DNA of 33,231 nucleotides from Acidimicrobiia bacterium (GCA_043779345.1 JAYWEJ010000300.1:1-33231), one strand, 5' to 3'; numbered from the stretch's first letter, positions 16,439-26,895 are shown. The notes: generated by a model from the letters alone, not told the origin. Numbers and translations are program-made.

Positions 16439-17186
16439 GCGCGCCAGGTAGACGCGGACCGGGCGCGCCGTCAGCTCGTAGAACGACCTGAAAGCCTCGG
16501 AAGCCGACGCCGACGGTGGTTAGCACCACGCCGGCCATCAGCGACCAGATGATCGACCCGACCGGGGCCGAGAGCTGCGGTGTTTCGACTTCGGGCCGAA
16601 TCGGCGCGGCTTCGAGGAAGCGACGGCCCGCGGGACTTTGCACGTAGGCGAGCAACTCCTCGTTGGTGTGCATACGTTCCATCAACTTGGTGTGGATCTC
16701 GGTCTGGATCTGGGAGGCCTTGAGCCAGCGTCGATGCTGAATGAACGCGCGCACCATCCAGACGATGACGGAGATGACGACGATGAAAACGAAGATGCCG
16801 GCCATGGCGCCCAGCAGTACTCCCAACGCCTCGAAATTCGGATTGACCGGCCGCCGCTGCCATGAGGCGAAGCCCTCGAGGTAGAACTCGGCGTTGCGCT
16901 GGATCTCCGGATGCTGCGCGATGAACTTGGCCACCCGGGGATAGGACGCCATGTAGTCGCCGCGGCTCATCAGGGTCGGGTCGCGGCGCAGGATTTCGCC
17001 GACGCTGTGCGGATAGAGCTGGAGCAGCCGCCGGAGGTCTTCACGGGTGTCTTCCGCGTTGGGCGGGCTGACGATCCGGACGTCTTGCGGGGCCGGCAGG
17101 GTCTGTTGCGCCGAGGCGGGCGAGGCGCTGCAGAAGCCGAGGACGGCCAGGAGCGCCGGGATCAAGAAGCGTTGTTTCATGACCAT
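16410..17186 (-). CDS. Hypothetical membrane protein (signal peptide, exported domain, two hydrophobic helices); 3' end uncertain
   Basis: MVMKQRFLIPALLAVLGFCSASPASAQ, then hydrophobic stretches GVLLGAMAGIFVFIVVISVIVWMV and SIIWSLMAGVVLTTVGVGF. The last roughly 30 codons (16410-16500) are an out-of-frame read of the sigma gene, so the true C-terminus is doubtful. Confidence 0.55.
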   Translation of the reverse strand: MVMKQRFLIPALLAVLGFCSASPASAQQTLPAPQDVRIVSPPNAEDTREDLRRLLQLYPHSVGEILRRDPTLMSRGDYMASYPRVAKFIAQHPEIQRNAEFYLEGFASWQRRPVNPNFEALGVLLGAMAGIFVFIVVISVIVWMVRAFIQHRRWLKASQIQTEIHTKLMERMHTNEELLAYVQSPAGRRFLEAAPIRPEVETPQLSAPVGSIIWSLMAGVVLTTVGVGFRGFQVVLRADGAPGPRLPGAHDRRRSPRR

Positions 17187-17234
17187 TAATACGGAAGAGG
17201 CGGGAAAAGGTTAACGGATGCTAATCTCGCTGCG

Positions 17235-17864
17235 GTGGAACCACGGAAGCGCCATATCTCGATGATTCGGTCCTATACCTGGGCCGATTTCCTGACCATC
17301 GGCAATGCCTCCTGCGGGACCATTTCTATATTTCTGTGTCTCGACTACCTGGCGACCGGGAAGGCGAGGTTCCTGTGGGCGGCCTTCATCCTGCTCCCCA
17401 GCGCGCTCGCCCTGGATGTCCTCGACGGCTACGTCGCCAGACTGAACAAGAAGCGGCAATCGGTGCTCGGCGCGGATCTCGACTCGCTGGCCGACGTGAT
17501 CTCGTTCGGCGTGGCGCCGGCCGTCCTTGGATTCACCCTGGGCCTGCGCGGCGGATGGGACATGGCCATCCTCACCTACTTCGTCGTCTGCGGCGTCAGC
17601 CGTCTCGCGAGGTTCAACGTCACCGCATCGGCACTCGCGGATGAAACGACCGGCAAGGTCAGGTACTTCGAAGGCACGCCGATCCCCACGAGCATCGTGC
17701 TGGTGATCATGCTCGGCATCGCGCAATACCTGGGTCGCGTCGATGACAACCTGTGGTTCGGCGTGGTGCAGCTCGGACCCGCACTGCTGCATCCACTGAC
17801 GTTGATATTTGGCCTGAGCGGCAGCGCGATGATCAGCGCGACGCTTCGAATTCCAAAGCCTTAA
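17235..17864 (+). CDS. pssA: CDP-diacylglycerol--serine O-phosphatidyltransferase (CDP-alcohol phosphatidyltransferase family)
   Basis: Family motif DGYVARLNKKRQSVLGADLDSLADVISFG (DGx2ARx8Gx3Dx3D) and a polytopic membrane profile. The start is GTG 17235 or ATG 17262. Confidence 0.85.
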   Translation: MEPRKRHISMIRSYTWADFLTIGNASCGTISIFLCLDYLATGKARFLWAAFILLPSALALDVLDGYVARLNKKRQSVLGADLDSLADVISFGVAPAVLGFTLGLRGGWDMAILTYFVVCGVSRLARFNVTASALADETTGKVRYFEGTPIPTSIVLVIMLGIAQYLGRVDDNLWFGVVQLGPALLHPLTLIFGLSGSAMISATLRIPKP

Positions 17865-17974
17865 ACACGAAGGACACGAAGATCACGAAGCCAGCTTTTC
17901 CAAACGCCAGTGCCGCTCAGCGGCTATTGCATTTACGAAAACGGGCCTTCGTGTCCTTCGTGTCCTTCGTGTTT
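17863..17974. repeat. Inverted pair of tandem 9-bp repeats (family B), about 112 bp, MITE/REP-like
   Basis: Left arm CACGAAGGA CACGAAGAT CACGAAGCC within 17863-17892; right arm CCTTCGTGT x3 within 17947-17974. The arms form a 28-bp stem with 2 mismatches (19 bp perfect: 17863-17881 with 17956-17974) around a 56-nt loop. The loop contains the small hairpin GCCGCTCAGCGGC. Confidence 0.8.
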
Positions 17975-19288
17975 GGCACTTGCACGACCGCAGCAGGCCA
18001 GACGCTGTACGAAGGCGCCCGGCTGATTGCCGGTGACAGCTCGCCGGTGATCGAGCGCTCTGCCATCCTCGTCGACGGCGGGCGAATCACGCAGGTTGGC
18101 CAGCAAGGACAGATCAAAGCTCCCGCGAATGTTCGCCGCGTCGATCTCGCCGGCAAGACGATCATCCCGATGCTAATCGCGACGCACGTCCATCCCGGAT
18201 TTCAGATCGGCGCCGCCTACGTGCGCGAGAACTACACCGCCGCCACGATCGTCAACGATCTCAATCGGGCACTCTACTTCGGTGTGTCGGTCGCGCAGTC
18301 GCAAGGCATCGAGACCGGCGACGTCATGGATCAGGTGCGCGCCGATCAGCAGGCGGGGCAGCTGGCGCCGACGGCGAAGCTGTTGATCGCCGGGCGGGGC
18401 ATCGGATCGCCGAACGCAGGCCCGGGCGGCGCCACCTATGCGGGCATGGCCTACGAGGTCACGACCGAAGCCGAGTCGCGCAAGGCCGTCCAGGAGCTCG
18501 CCGCTCGCAAGGTCGACATCGTCAAGATCTGGGTTGACGATCGCAACGGGCGCGCGCCGAAGCTGGCCGCGCCGCTGTATCGCGCCATCATCGACGAGGG
18601 ACACCGGCACGGGCTGAAGGTGAACGCGCACGTCTTCTATCACGCGGATGCGGTCGATCTCGTCGACGCCGGCATCGACGGCTTCGCGCATCTCGTGCGC
18701 GACGCGGTCATGGATGACGCGCTGGTTGCGGCGATCGTCAAGCGTGGTGTCTTCGTGATGGGCAACATGTCGAGCCCGCGCAAATCGACGTACCCGTCGC
18801 CACCGCAGTGGCTGTCGCCCGGAGATCCGATGACGGTGTTGTTGACCGAATCGGTAAGCGCTGCGGTCCTCGATCGCCTGCGCGCGTATTTCGGGAAGCG
18901 CGATGCGCAGGCGGTCGAAGGCGCGCGGCAGCGTTACGGCATCCTCGAACAGAGTCTGGCGAAGCTCAGTCGCGCCGGCGCGAAGATCATTCTTGGCGCC
19001 GACACCGGCCTCGAAGATCACCTCTTCGGCATGGCCGAGCAGCTCGAGCTCGAGGCGATGGTCGATGCGGGGATGACGCCGGCGGGAGCGATCGTCGCCG
19101 CGACCAGCCGATCGGCGGAGTTCCTGCAGTTGAAGGGCAAAGGCACGCTGCGGGCGGGCATGGATGCGGACTTCGTGGTGCTCGATGCCAACCCTCTCGA
19201 TGCGATCGCCAATACTCGCCGCATTTCGCGTGTCGTTCTCGGCGGCGCGGACGTCGATCGACGGGCGCTTGCTTCGCGCCTGCATTAA
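17927..19288 (+). CDS. Exported amidohydrolase-superfamily metallohydrolase
   Basis: Typical N-terminal beta-sandwich, then the HxH metal motif (IATHVHPG); later NAHV, FAHL and GADTG. The start is uncertain: TTG 17927 gives the signal-like MHLRKRAFVSFVSFVFGTCTTAAGQ, and GTGs at 17951, 17960 and 17969 are also in frame. The track start at 17753 overlaps pssA. Confidence 0.75.
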   Translation: MHLRKRAFVSFVSFVFGTCTTAAGQTLYEGARLIAGDSSPVIERSAILVDGGRITQVGQQGQIKAPANVRRVDLAGKTIIPMLIATHVHPGFQIGAAYVRENYTAATIVNDLNRALYFGVSVAQSQGIETGDVMDQVRADQQAGQLAPTAKLLIAGRGIGSPNAGPGGATYAGMAYEVTTEAESRKAVQELAARKVDIVKIWVDDRNGRAPKLAAPLYRAIIDEGHRHGLKVNAHVFYHADAVDLVDAGIDGFAHLVRDAVMDDALVAAIVKRGVFVMGNMSSPRKSTYPSPPQWLSPGDPMTVLLTESVSAAVLDRLRAYFGKRDAQAVEGARQRYGILEQSLAKLSRAGAKIILGADTGLEDHLFGMAEQLELEAMVDAGMTPAGAIVAATSRSAEFLQLKGKGTLRAGMDADFVVLDANPLDAIANTRRISRVVLGGADVDRRALASRLH

Positions 19289-19327
19289 GCTGACGTCTCG
19301 TCAGATCAGCCCGTTGAGGAGGACCGC

Positions 19328-19789
19328 ATGAACCGAGTTGTGATTGCCTGTCTAGCGACAATGACCCTGATTAGCAGCCCAGCGTTTGCAGATCAGACCT
19401 GCAAGCCCGTTGTCGGCCATTTCGAAGCGCACGTGGTACCGCCGGCGGATTGCCCGGCGCCGTTCTGCACCGCAGGCCGCGTGTGGGGTGGAATCCAAGG
19501 CAACTATTCCTTTGTGATGACGACGATTCAGCCGACATTCGCTGTGCCGTCGATCATGTTCTTCACCGGCCAGAGCACGATCGCGCTGAAGAGCGGCGAT
19601 CTTCTCCATGGCACCGACACCGGCACGCTCGATCTGAGTCCGGCGGGCGGCTTCGCATCGCTCATCACCTTCAGCGGCGGCACCGGTGAATACTTCGGCG
19701 CGACCGGACAGATCAAACTGCGCGGCCAGTTGGATCAGGCCGAAGGCACCACCAGCGGCGACTACATCGGCACTCTCTGCAAGCAGTAG
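19328..19789 (+). CDS. Small secreted hypothetical protein (beta-rich, 4 Cys)
   Basis: Signal peptide MNRVVIACLATMTLISSPAFA and strong RBS GAGGAGGA (19316-19323). The GGTGEYFGATG motif recalls dirigent/AOC-barrel-like proteins, but the assignment is not secure. Confidence 0.6.
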   Translation: MNRVVIACLATMTLISSPAFADQTCKPVVGHFEAHVVPPADCPAPFCTAGRVWGGIQGNYSFVMTTIQPTFAVPSIMFFTGQSTIALKSGDLLHGTDTGTLDLSPAGGFASLITFSGGTGEYFGATGQIKLRGQLDQAEGTTSGDYIGTLCKQ

Positions 19790-19817
19790 CCATCCGGCGT
19801 CTGCTTCCTGCTTCGCG

Positions 19818-20606
19818 ATGACCCTGCCGGCTGACGCACATCTCGGCCAGGTGAGCCTGACCGTCGGTGATCTCGATCGATCGCTGTTGTTCTATCGCGA
19901 CGTGCTCGGGTTTACCGAGGCCCGCCGCGAAGGCAGGGTGTCGTTCCTCGCGCCGCCAGGCGGGCGCGTGTTGATCGAGCTCCATGAGCGGAAGGATGCG
20001 ATCGCGAAGCCTCGCCGTAGCTGCGGCCTCTTTCACTTCGCGATCCTCGTTCCATCGCGCGCCGCGCTCGGCCGATCGCTGCGCCGGTTGACGGAGAAGC
20101 GATGGCCGATGAGCGGCGCCGCCGATCACCTGGTCAGCGAAGCGCTTTACCTGAATGATCCTGACGGCCTCGGCATCGAGATTTACCGCGACCGGCCGCG
20201 CGATTCCTGGCAGACGAGCGACGGCGAGCTGGCGATGGCGACGGATCCGCTGGACCTGCAGGCGATCCGCGACGAGCCGGGGGCCGAGTCGCGGTGGAGC
20301 GGTCTCGAACCGGGCACGACCATGGGTCACGTGCACCTGCACGTCCCGCACCTCGACACCGCCGAGGCGTTCTATTGCGGGCGGATCGGCTTCGAGCCGA
20401 TCGTGCGCCGCTATCCGGGCGCGCTGTTCGTCGCGGCCGGCGGGTATCACCATCACCTGGGCCTCAATACCTGGGTGGGCGCCGGCGCGCCGCCGCCTCC
20501 TGAAAACGGGGTCGGCCTGCGCGCGTTCGTGATTGAATCAAAGGCCGTTCAGCCGCAAAATGTGCTCGACGAGGCGACGCGTGTCATGGTGTCGCTCGCC
20601 AACTAG
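19818..20606 (+). CDS. Two-domain VOC-family protein (glyoxalase / extradiol dioxygenase-like)
   Basis: Two repeats of the VOC module (LGQVSLTVGDLDRSLLFYRDVLGF and MGHVHLHVPHLDTAEAFYCGRIGFE), plus YHHHLGLNTW. ATG 19818 is chosen because the track extension to 19686 overlaps the upstream gene. Confidence 0.75.
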   Translation: MTLPADAHLGQVSLTVGDLDRSLLFYRDVLGFTEARREGRVSFLAPPGGRVLIELHERKDAIAKPRRSCGLFHFAILVPSRAALGRSLRRLTEKRWPMSGAADHLVSEALYLNDPDGLGIEIYRDRPRDSWQTSDGELAMATDPLDLQAIRDEPGAESRWSGLEPGTTMGHVHLHVPHLDTAEAFYCGRIGFEPIVRRYPGALFVAAGGYHHHLGLNTWVGAGAPPPPENGVGLRAFVIESKAVQPQNVLDEATRVMVSLAN

Positions 20607-20655
20607 ATGCGACTGATTCTGATCATCTGCCTGTTGCTCCCCTTCGACTTGCGTC

Positions 20656-20674
20656 CGCAGGTCAACGACCTGCG
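20656..20674 (+). terminator. Hairpin downstream of the VOC gene
   Basis: CGCAGGTC-AAC-GACCTGCG: a perfect 8-bp stem with a 3-nt loop, 50 nt after the stop. No clear U-tract. Confidence 0.4.
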
Positions 20675-20687
20675 CGCGCTCGCTCAT

Positions 20688-20728
20688 CCCTCGACTTCGC
20701 TCGGGATGACCCTGAGCTTGTCGAAGGG
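20688..20728. repeat. REP-like imperfect palindrome (family C, full copy)
   Basis: Arm 1 is CCCTCGACTTCGCTCGGG (20688-20705), the loop is ATGA, and arm 2 is CCCTGAGCTTGTCGAAGGG (20710-20728). Arm 2 is an imperfect reverse complement of arm 1. A related fragment, CCCTTCGAC, lies at 20640-20648. Arm 1 recurs exactly at 27249-27266. Confidence 0.65.
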
Positions 20729-20771
20729 TCAGGGCAAGCAGGACGTCGAGCGCGACGTGCAGCGCATCGCG

Positions 20772-21275
20772 ATGCAGGGATGGCTGGCCGCGCGCGCGCT
20801 CGTGCCGAAGGGCGGAGCCCTCGATCTGCTCGGCCCGGTCAATATTCGCCTGAAGGAGCTCGACGCCATCCCGAGCAGGTCGGCGCGCTACGCCGAGATC
20901 GCGATCCGCGCCGCGGTGTCGGCGGCGCAGGAAGAGCGGGACGAGATGGAATTGCTGCTCGCCCACGCGCGCGACTTGTCCAATCAAATGGGTGCTGGCG
21001 CCGGCACGCCGCCGGAATGGCCGCTGCCGATCGATGAGCTCGAAGGCGAGTTGTGGTTCGAGGTGGACCGTTACCCCGAAGCGCGTGACGCCTATGAGCG
21101 CGCCACCAGGCAACGACCGACCCCGAACGCGTGGATCGGTCTCGCTCGCGCCAGCGACCGTCTCGGCGATACGGTCACCGCCTGCCGCGCCTACACGACC
21201 GCCGCAACGACGCAGAATCTGCCGACCGCGGTAGAACTTGAGATCTCGATCTACGCCCTGAAGTGCAAGATCTGA
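20772..21275 (+). CDS. Hypothetical protein with TPR-like C-terminal helices; start uncertain
   Basis: The ORF is open from 20607, but 20607-20740 consists of a hairpin and repeat elements. In-frame GTG 20757 and ATG 20772 lie just after them. The C-terminus (YPEARDAYERATRQRPTPNAWIGLARASDRLGD) looks TPR-like. Confidence 0.35.
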   Translation: MQGWLAARALVPKGGALDLLGPVNIRLKELDAIPSRSARYAEIAIRAAVSAAQEERDEMELLLAHARDLSNQMGAGAGTPPEWPLPIDELEGELWFEVDRYPEARDAYERATRQRPTPNAWIGLARASDRLGDTVTACRAYTTAATTQNLPTAVELEISIYALKCKI

Positions 21276-21288
21276 AGCGTTTCGGCAT

Positions 21289-21311
21289 GTAACGGGGTCA
21301 GTCCCGGTTAC
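21289..21311. terminator. Hairpin between convergent genes
   Basis: GTAACGGGG-TCAGT-CCCGGTTAC, a 9-bp stem with one G-G mismatch. It overlaps the fdsA stop (21308-21310). Confidence 0.4.
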
Positions 21312-24109
21312 AACTGGTCGGCCAGCAGGGCGCCGCCGCCGAAACTCATTCGATGGGGAACCGGCCCGCCCTCGGTCACTCTGACCGCGCAGTATTTGAA
21401 CTCCGGAATTTTTCCGAACGGATCGAGGACCGGGTTCGTCAGCATGTTGGCGGCGGCTTCGTAAAAACAGAACGGCACGAACACCGTGCCTCGCGGCGTG
21501 CCATCGTCGGCGCGCGCGTAGAGTGAGATCCGGCCGCGCCGTGATTCGATCGTGAGGATTCCGCCTGGCGCGATGTGCATCGCTTCGAGCTCGAGCGGGT
21601 GCAAAGACGCCACCGGTTCCGGTTCGATGTAATCGAGGTTCGCGGCGCGGCGGGTCATCGATCCGGTGTGCCAGTGTTCCAGTTGCCGCCCGGTGATGAG
21701 CACCATCGGATAGTCGGCGTCCGGCCGTTCCGCCGCGGTGATCAGATCGGCCGGTACGAACTTCGCCCGACCTGATTTCGTCGGGAACGTGTCACAGAAG
21801 ACGACGGGGTCTCCCGGATCGCCCACTTGGATGCACGGATAGGTGACGGCCGAATCGCGCTCGAGCCGGTCCCAGGTGATGCCGGCGATCGAGTCCATGC
21901 ACGTCCGCATTTCGTTGAAGACGTCTCGCGGATGGTCGTAATACCAGTCGACGCCAACGCGGCGCGCCAGCTCGTTGAGAATCCAGAAGTCCGGCCGAGC
22001 CTCGCCGGGTGGGTCAATCGCTTTGCGGCCGAGCTGCACCATCCGATCGGTGTTGGTGACGGTACCGATCTTCTCGGGCCACGCAGTGGCGGGTAGCACG
22101 ACATCGGCCAGATACGCCGTCTCCGTGAGGAAGATGTCCTGCACCACCAGGTGATCGAGCGTGGCCAGCGCCTCACGCGCGTGATTGACGTCCGGGTCCG
22201 ACATCGCGGGGTTCTCGCCCATGATGTACATCCCGCGAATCTCACGCTGCTTCGCGGCGTTCATGATCTCGACGACGGTAAGTCCCGGCTCCGGATCGAG
22301 CGTGGCATGCCAGAGCTGTTCGAACCGCTGGCGCGCTTCGGGTGTGGCCACCCGCTGATAGTCGGGATAGAACATCGGGATCAGCCCGGAATCCGACGCG
22401 CCCTGCACGTTGTTCTGCCCGCGCAGCGGATGCAGCCCCGAGCCGGGCTTGCCAATCTGGCCGGTCGAGAGCGCCAGCGCGATCAAACACCTGGCGTTGT
22501 CGGTGCCGTGAACGTGCTGCGAGATGCCCATGCCCCAGAAGATGATCGACGCCTTCGAGGTCGCGTAGAGTCGCGCGACTTCACGGATCGTCGTCGCCTC
22601 GATGCCGCAAATCGGTGCCATCCGTTCCGGTGCGAACATCTTGACGTTCTCCGCGAGCGCTTCATATCCGGAGGTGCGATCGCGAATGAACGCCTCGTCA
22701 ACGAGGCCCTCTTCGACGATGACGTGCAGCATCGCGTTGAGGAGCGCCACATCCGTGTCGGCATTGAACTGCAGGTAATAGGTGGCGTGCCGTGCCAAAT
22801 CACTGCGCCGCGGGTCGGCCAGGATCAGCTTCGCGCCCGACTTGGCGGCGTTCTTCATCCACGTCGCGGCGACCGGATGATTGACGGTGGGATTGGCGCC
22901 GATCACGAAGATGACGTCCGCGCGAGCGGCGTCGCGGACCTGGTTGGAGACCGCGCCGGAATTGATGCCTTCCATCAGCGCCGCCACACTCGACGCATGA
23001 CACAGTCGCGTGCAGTGGTCGACGTTGTTGGACCCGAAACCGGTGCGGACCAGCTTTTGGAACAGGTACGCCTCTTCGTTGGTACCTTTCGCCGAACCGA
23101 ACCCGGCGAGCGATCGCTTGCCGTACGTATCGCGAGTATCGCGCAGGCCTTTGGCCGCGAGGTCGAGCGCTTCGTCCCACGTGGCTTCGCGAAACACCTG
23201 TTGCCAGTTCTCGGGATCGACGACGAAATCCTTGTGCTTGGCGACGCCCGCTTTGCGGATCAGCGGCTTGGTGAGGCGATGCGGATGCTGCACGTAATCG
23301 AAGCCGTAGCGACCCTTCACGCAGAGCCGCGACGCATTCGCTGGTCCATCTTTCCCCTGGACGTAAAGGATCGTGTTGTCCTTGACGTGGTAGGTCAGCT
23401 GACAACCGACGCCGCAATACGGACACACCGAATCGACCTGCTTGTCGGGCACGATCAGTGCGGCATCGCGGGCGGGCATCAGCGCGCCGGTCGGGCAGGC
23501 TTGCACGCACTCACCACAGGCGACGCACGTCGAGTCGCCCATCGGATCGTCGAAGTCGAACACGATCTTCGATTGGTTGGAGCGAAACGCGTAACCGATC
23601 ACGTCGTTGACTTGCTCTTCGCGGCAGGCGCGGACGCAGCGCTTGCACTGGATGCAGGCGTCGAGATGCACTGCCATCGCCGGATGCGAGAGGTCTTCAA
23701 TCGGCTGATGCCGCGGCGCGAAGCGCGGCTTGCCGACGTTCATCTTCCTGGCCCAGAGATCGAGCTCGGAGTTGAGCGTATACGTCCGCTCGGGCATGTC
23801 CGACAGCAGCAGCTCGATCGACATCTTCTGGCTGGTGAGGGCTCGCGCGCTGTTGGTCGTGACCGCCATCCCGTCCTTGGGGTAGCGGCAGCAGGAGGCC
23901 GCCAGCACGCGCTCGCCGGTGATCTCCACCATGCAGGTGCGGCAGTTGCCATCGGGCCGCATGCCGTCCATGTGGCAGAGGCGCGGGATCTCGACGCCGT
24001 GACGCTCGGCGGCTTCGAGAATGGTTTCGTCCGCAGTCGCGGCCACGGTCTGTCCGTTCAGCGTGAACGACACCGGCTTGGTCACGACGTCCGTCAGCTT
24101 CTGGTGCAT
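21308..24109 (-). CDS. fdsA: Formate dehydrogenase alpha subunit (NAD-linked FdsA/FdhA type; Mo/W bis-MGD, Cys variant)
   Basis: N-terminal 2Fe-2S ferredoxin fold (FTLNGQTV...CHMDG...CRTCMVE), two 4Fe-4S ferredoxin motifs (CIQCKRCVRAC, CVACGECVQACP) and the molybdopterin 4Fe-4S motif (CPYCGVGCQ). The active-site region is DHCTRLCHASSV, with Cys and no in-frame TGA. The length of 933 aa fits. Confidence 0.9.
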   Translation of the reverse strand: MHQKLTDVVTKPVSFTLNGQTVAATADETILEAAERHGVEIPRLCHMDGMRPDGNCRTCMVEITGERVLAASCCRYPKDGMAVTTNSARALTSQKMSIELLLSDMPERTYTLNSELDLWARKMNVGKPRFAPRHQPIEDLSHPAMAVHLDACIQCKRCVRACREEQVNDVIGYAFRSNQSKIVFDFDDPMGDSTCVACGECVQACPTGALMPARDAALIVPDKQVDSVCPYCGVGCQLTYHVKDNTILYVQGKDGPANASRLCVKGRYGFDYVQHPHRLTKPLIRKAGVAKHKDFVVDPENWQQVFREATWDEALDLAAKGLRDTRDTYGKRSLAGFGSAKGTNEEAYLFQKLVRTGFGSNNVDHCTRLCHASSVAALMEGINSGAVSNQVRDAARADVIFVIGANPTVNHPVAATWMKNAAKSGAKLILADPRRSDLARHATYYLQFNADTDVALLNAMLHVIVEEGLVDEAFIRDRTSGYEALAENVKMFAPERMAPICGIEATTIREVARLYATSKASIIFWGMGISQHVHGTDNARCLIALALSTGQIGKPGSGLHPLRGQNNVQGASDSGLIPMFYPDYQRVATPEARQRFEQLWHATLDPEPGLTVVEIMNAAKQREIRGMYIMGENPAMSDPDVNHAREALATLDHLVVQDIFLTETAYLADVVLPATAWPEKIGTVTNTDRMVQLGRKAIDPPGEARPDFWILNELARRVGVDWYYDHPRDVFNEMRTCMDSIAGITWDRLERDSAVTYPCIQVGDPGDPVVFCDTFPTKSGRAKFVPADLITAAERPDADYPMVLITGRQLEHWHTGSMTRRAANLDYIEPEPVASLHPLELEAMHIAPGGILTIESRRGRISLYARADDGTPRGTVFVPFCFYEAAANMLTNPVLDPFGKIPEFKYCAVRVTEGGPVPHRMSFGGGALLADQL

Positions 24110-24115
24110 TTCGCC

Positions 24116-25179
24116 CTATTGCTTCGTAATGTTCACTGGAATCTGTACTCGTCCCGTTACCACGCTCATGCTGACACTCGAAAAATCCGCAGTGCCTGTA
24201 ATGGCGCTGCCGTTCAACGCACCGGTGAAGTCCCAAATCTGGCCGAAGTCCCCGCGGAAGTTCTCCGGGTCGGTGCGATTGCTGACCTCGTGATGGAACG
24301 TGATGTTACTGGTGGAGCCGCCGACGGCTGGGTCGTGCTGACCCCAACCGAAGGTGCTGATGGTCGCCGTTCCCGTAAAGTTCGTACACGTCGTTGACAC
24401 GAAATTCCGAGTCCCACCCCAATTAGCCTTGCCGCTGACGTTGGTGCCGTCGATGGTCAGCGTCATTTTTAGAGTGCTTGTGAACGAGTACAGCGCACTG
24501 CAGGACCCGTAGTTTTCAGTCATCTGGAAGTTGAGCGGTCCTGAGTACTCGTCGCCGCCTCCGAGGACTTTCGTCGTGGCTACGGCGCCGCCAGCCACTG
24601 CGGCACCGGCCAAGACCAGTGTGGTCGTCGATAGTCCACCGCCCGCGGCAGCGCCACCGGACGATCCGCCAGCCGTTCCGCCGGCCGATCCACTCGATGG
24701 GCCGCCCGCCGCTCCCGAGACGGCCGCGGCTTCGGCGGCCGTCATCACATTGGTCTGCGCAATCGTCACCGCCGCCGTCTGTCCTTGGAAGGCGGCGGTC
24801 GCAGAGATTTGGAGCGACCCTGCGCCACTTGGGACCAGGCCGCTGACCGCCGCGCGCCCCGCCGCGTCGGTGGCCACGGTCAGCGTCCGCGCACCGGCAA
24901 AGGTGGCGCGGCCTCTAGTCACGGTAAACCGCACGACGGCGCCGGCAACGGGCTGGTTGTTGCGATCGCGAACTTCGACCACCGGTGCTACGGCCGTCTT
25001 CTGTTGAATGATATTGACGGCGCCCTCGCCTTCGATCACGGCGATCCGCAAGGCTTCCCGGCCCGAAGGCGACTGCACAGACTCCCGGGCCTGCAGAGCA
25101 GACGGACGAACGATGCCGACCACGGCGGCGAGCAAAAGTGCGATCGTGGTGCCTCGCTTGATTACCAACACAAGGTGCA

Positions 25180-25180
<1 letters not shown>
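24116..25180 (-). CDS. Exported Ig-like (Big_1/invasin-type) domain protein with Gly/Ser/Ala linker and Cys-containing C-terminal beta domain
   Basis: ATG 25180-25178 shares one nt with the fdsGB stop (TAATG), and the stop lies 6 nt before the fdsA start. Signal peptide MHLVLVIKRGTTIALLLAAVVGIVRPSALQA. Ig-like segment VVEVRDRNNQPVAGAVVRFTVTRG...LQISATAAFQGQTAAVTI. The C-terminal domain (about 24116-24540) is visibly lower in GC. Confidence 0.65.

Positions 25181-26895
<1,715 letters not shown>

Noticed and set aside
16410-17186. Single membrane-anchored sigma fusion protein produced by a +1 frameshift near 16500
   Set aside because: Predicted topology (signal peptide plus two helices) would place the sigma domain outside the cytoplasm. 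I saw no slippery sequence either. I kept the observation as an anomaly but not as a fusion claim.
17187-17262. ECF-type promoter (GGAAC ... CGT) for the membrane protein/sigma/anti-sigma operon
   Set aside because: A GGAACC occurs at 17237-17242, but on the wrong strand for that operon and inside the pssA start region. On the correct strand I found no convincing -35/-10 pair.
17863-17974. Mini CRISPR array
   Set aside because: The repeat unit is only 9 bp and is directly tandem without spacers. The two blocks are inverted relative to each other, and no cas genes are present in the window.
18173-19285. 370-aa ORF on the minus strand
   Set aside because: It lies antisense to the amidohydrolase gene. 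It is Arg/Asp-rich with no motifs. It is a shadow ORF.
21308-24109. Selenocysteine-containing formate dehydrogenase
   Set aside because: The ORF has no in-frame TGA, and the active-site position reads Cys (DHCTRLCHASSV). No SECIS-like element needs to be invoked.
22151-24397. 748-aa ORF on the plus strand
   Set aside because: It lies antisense to fdsA and the Ig-like gene. It has no recognisable motifs and an Arg/Gly/His-rich composition. It is a high-GC shadow ORF.
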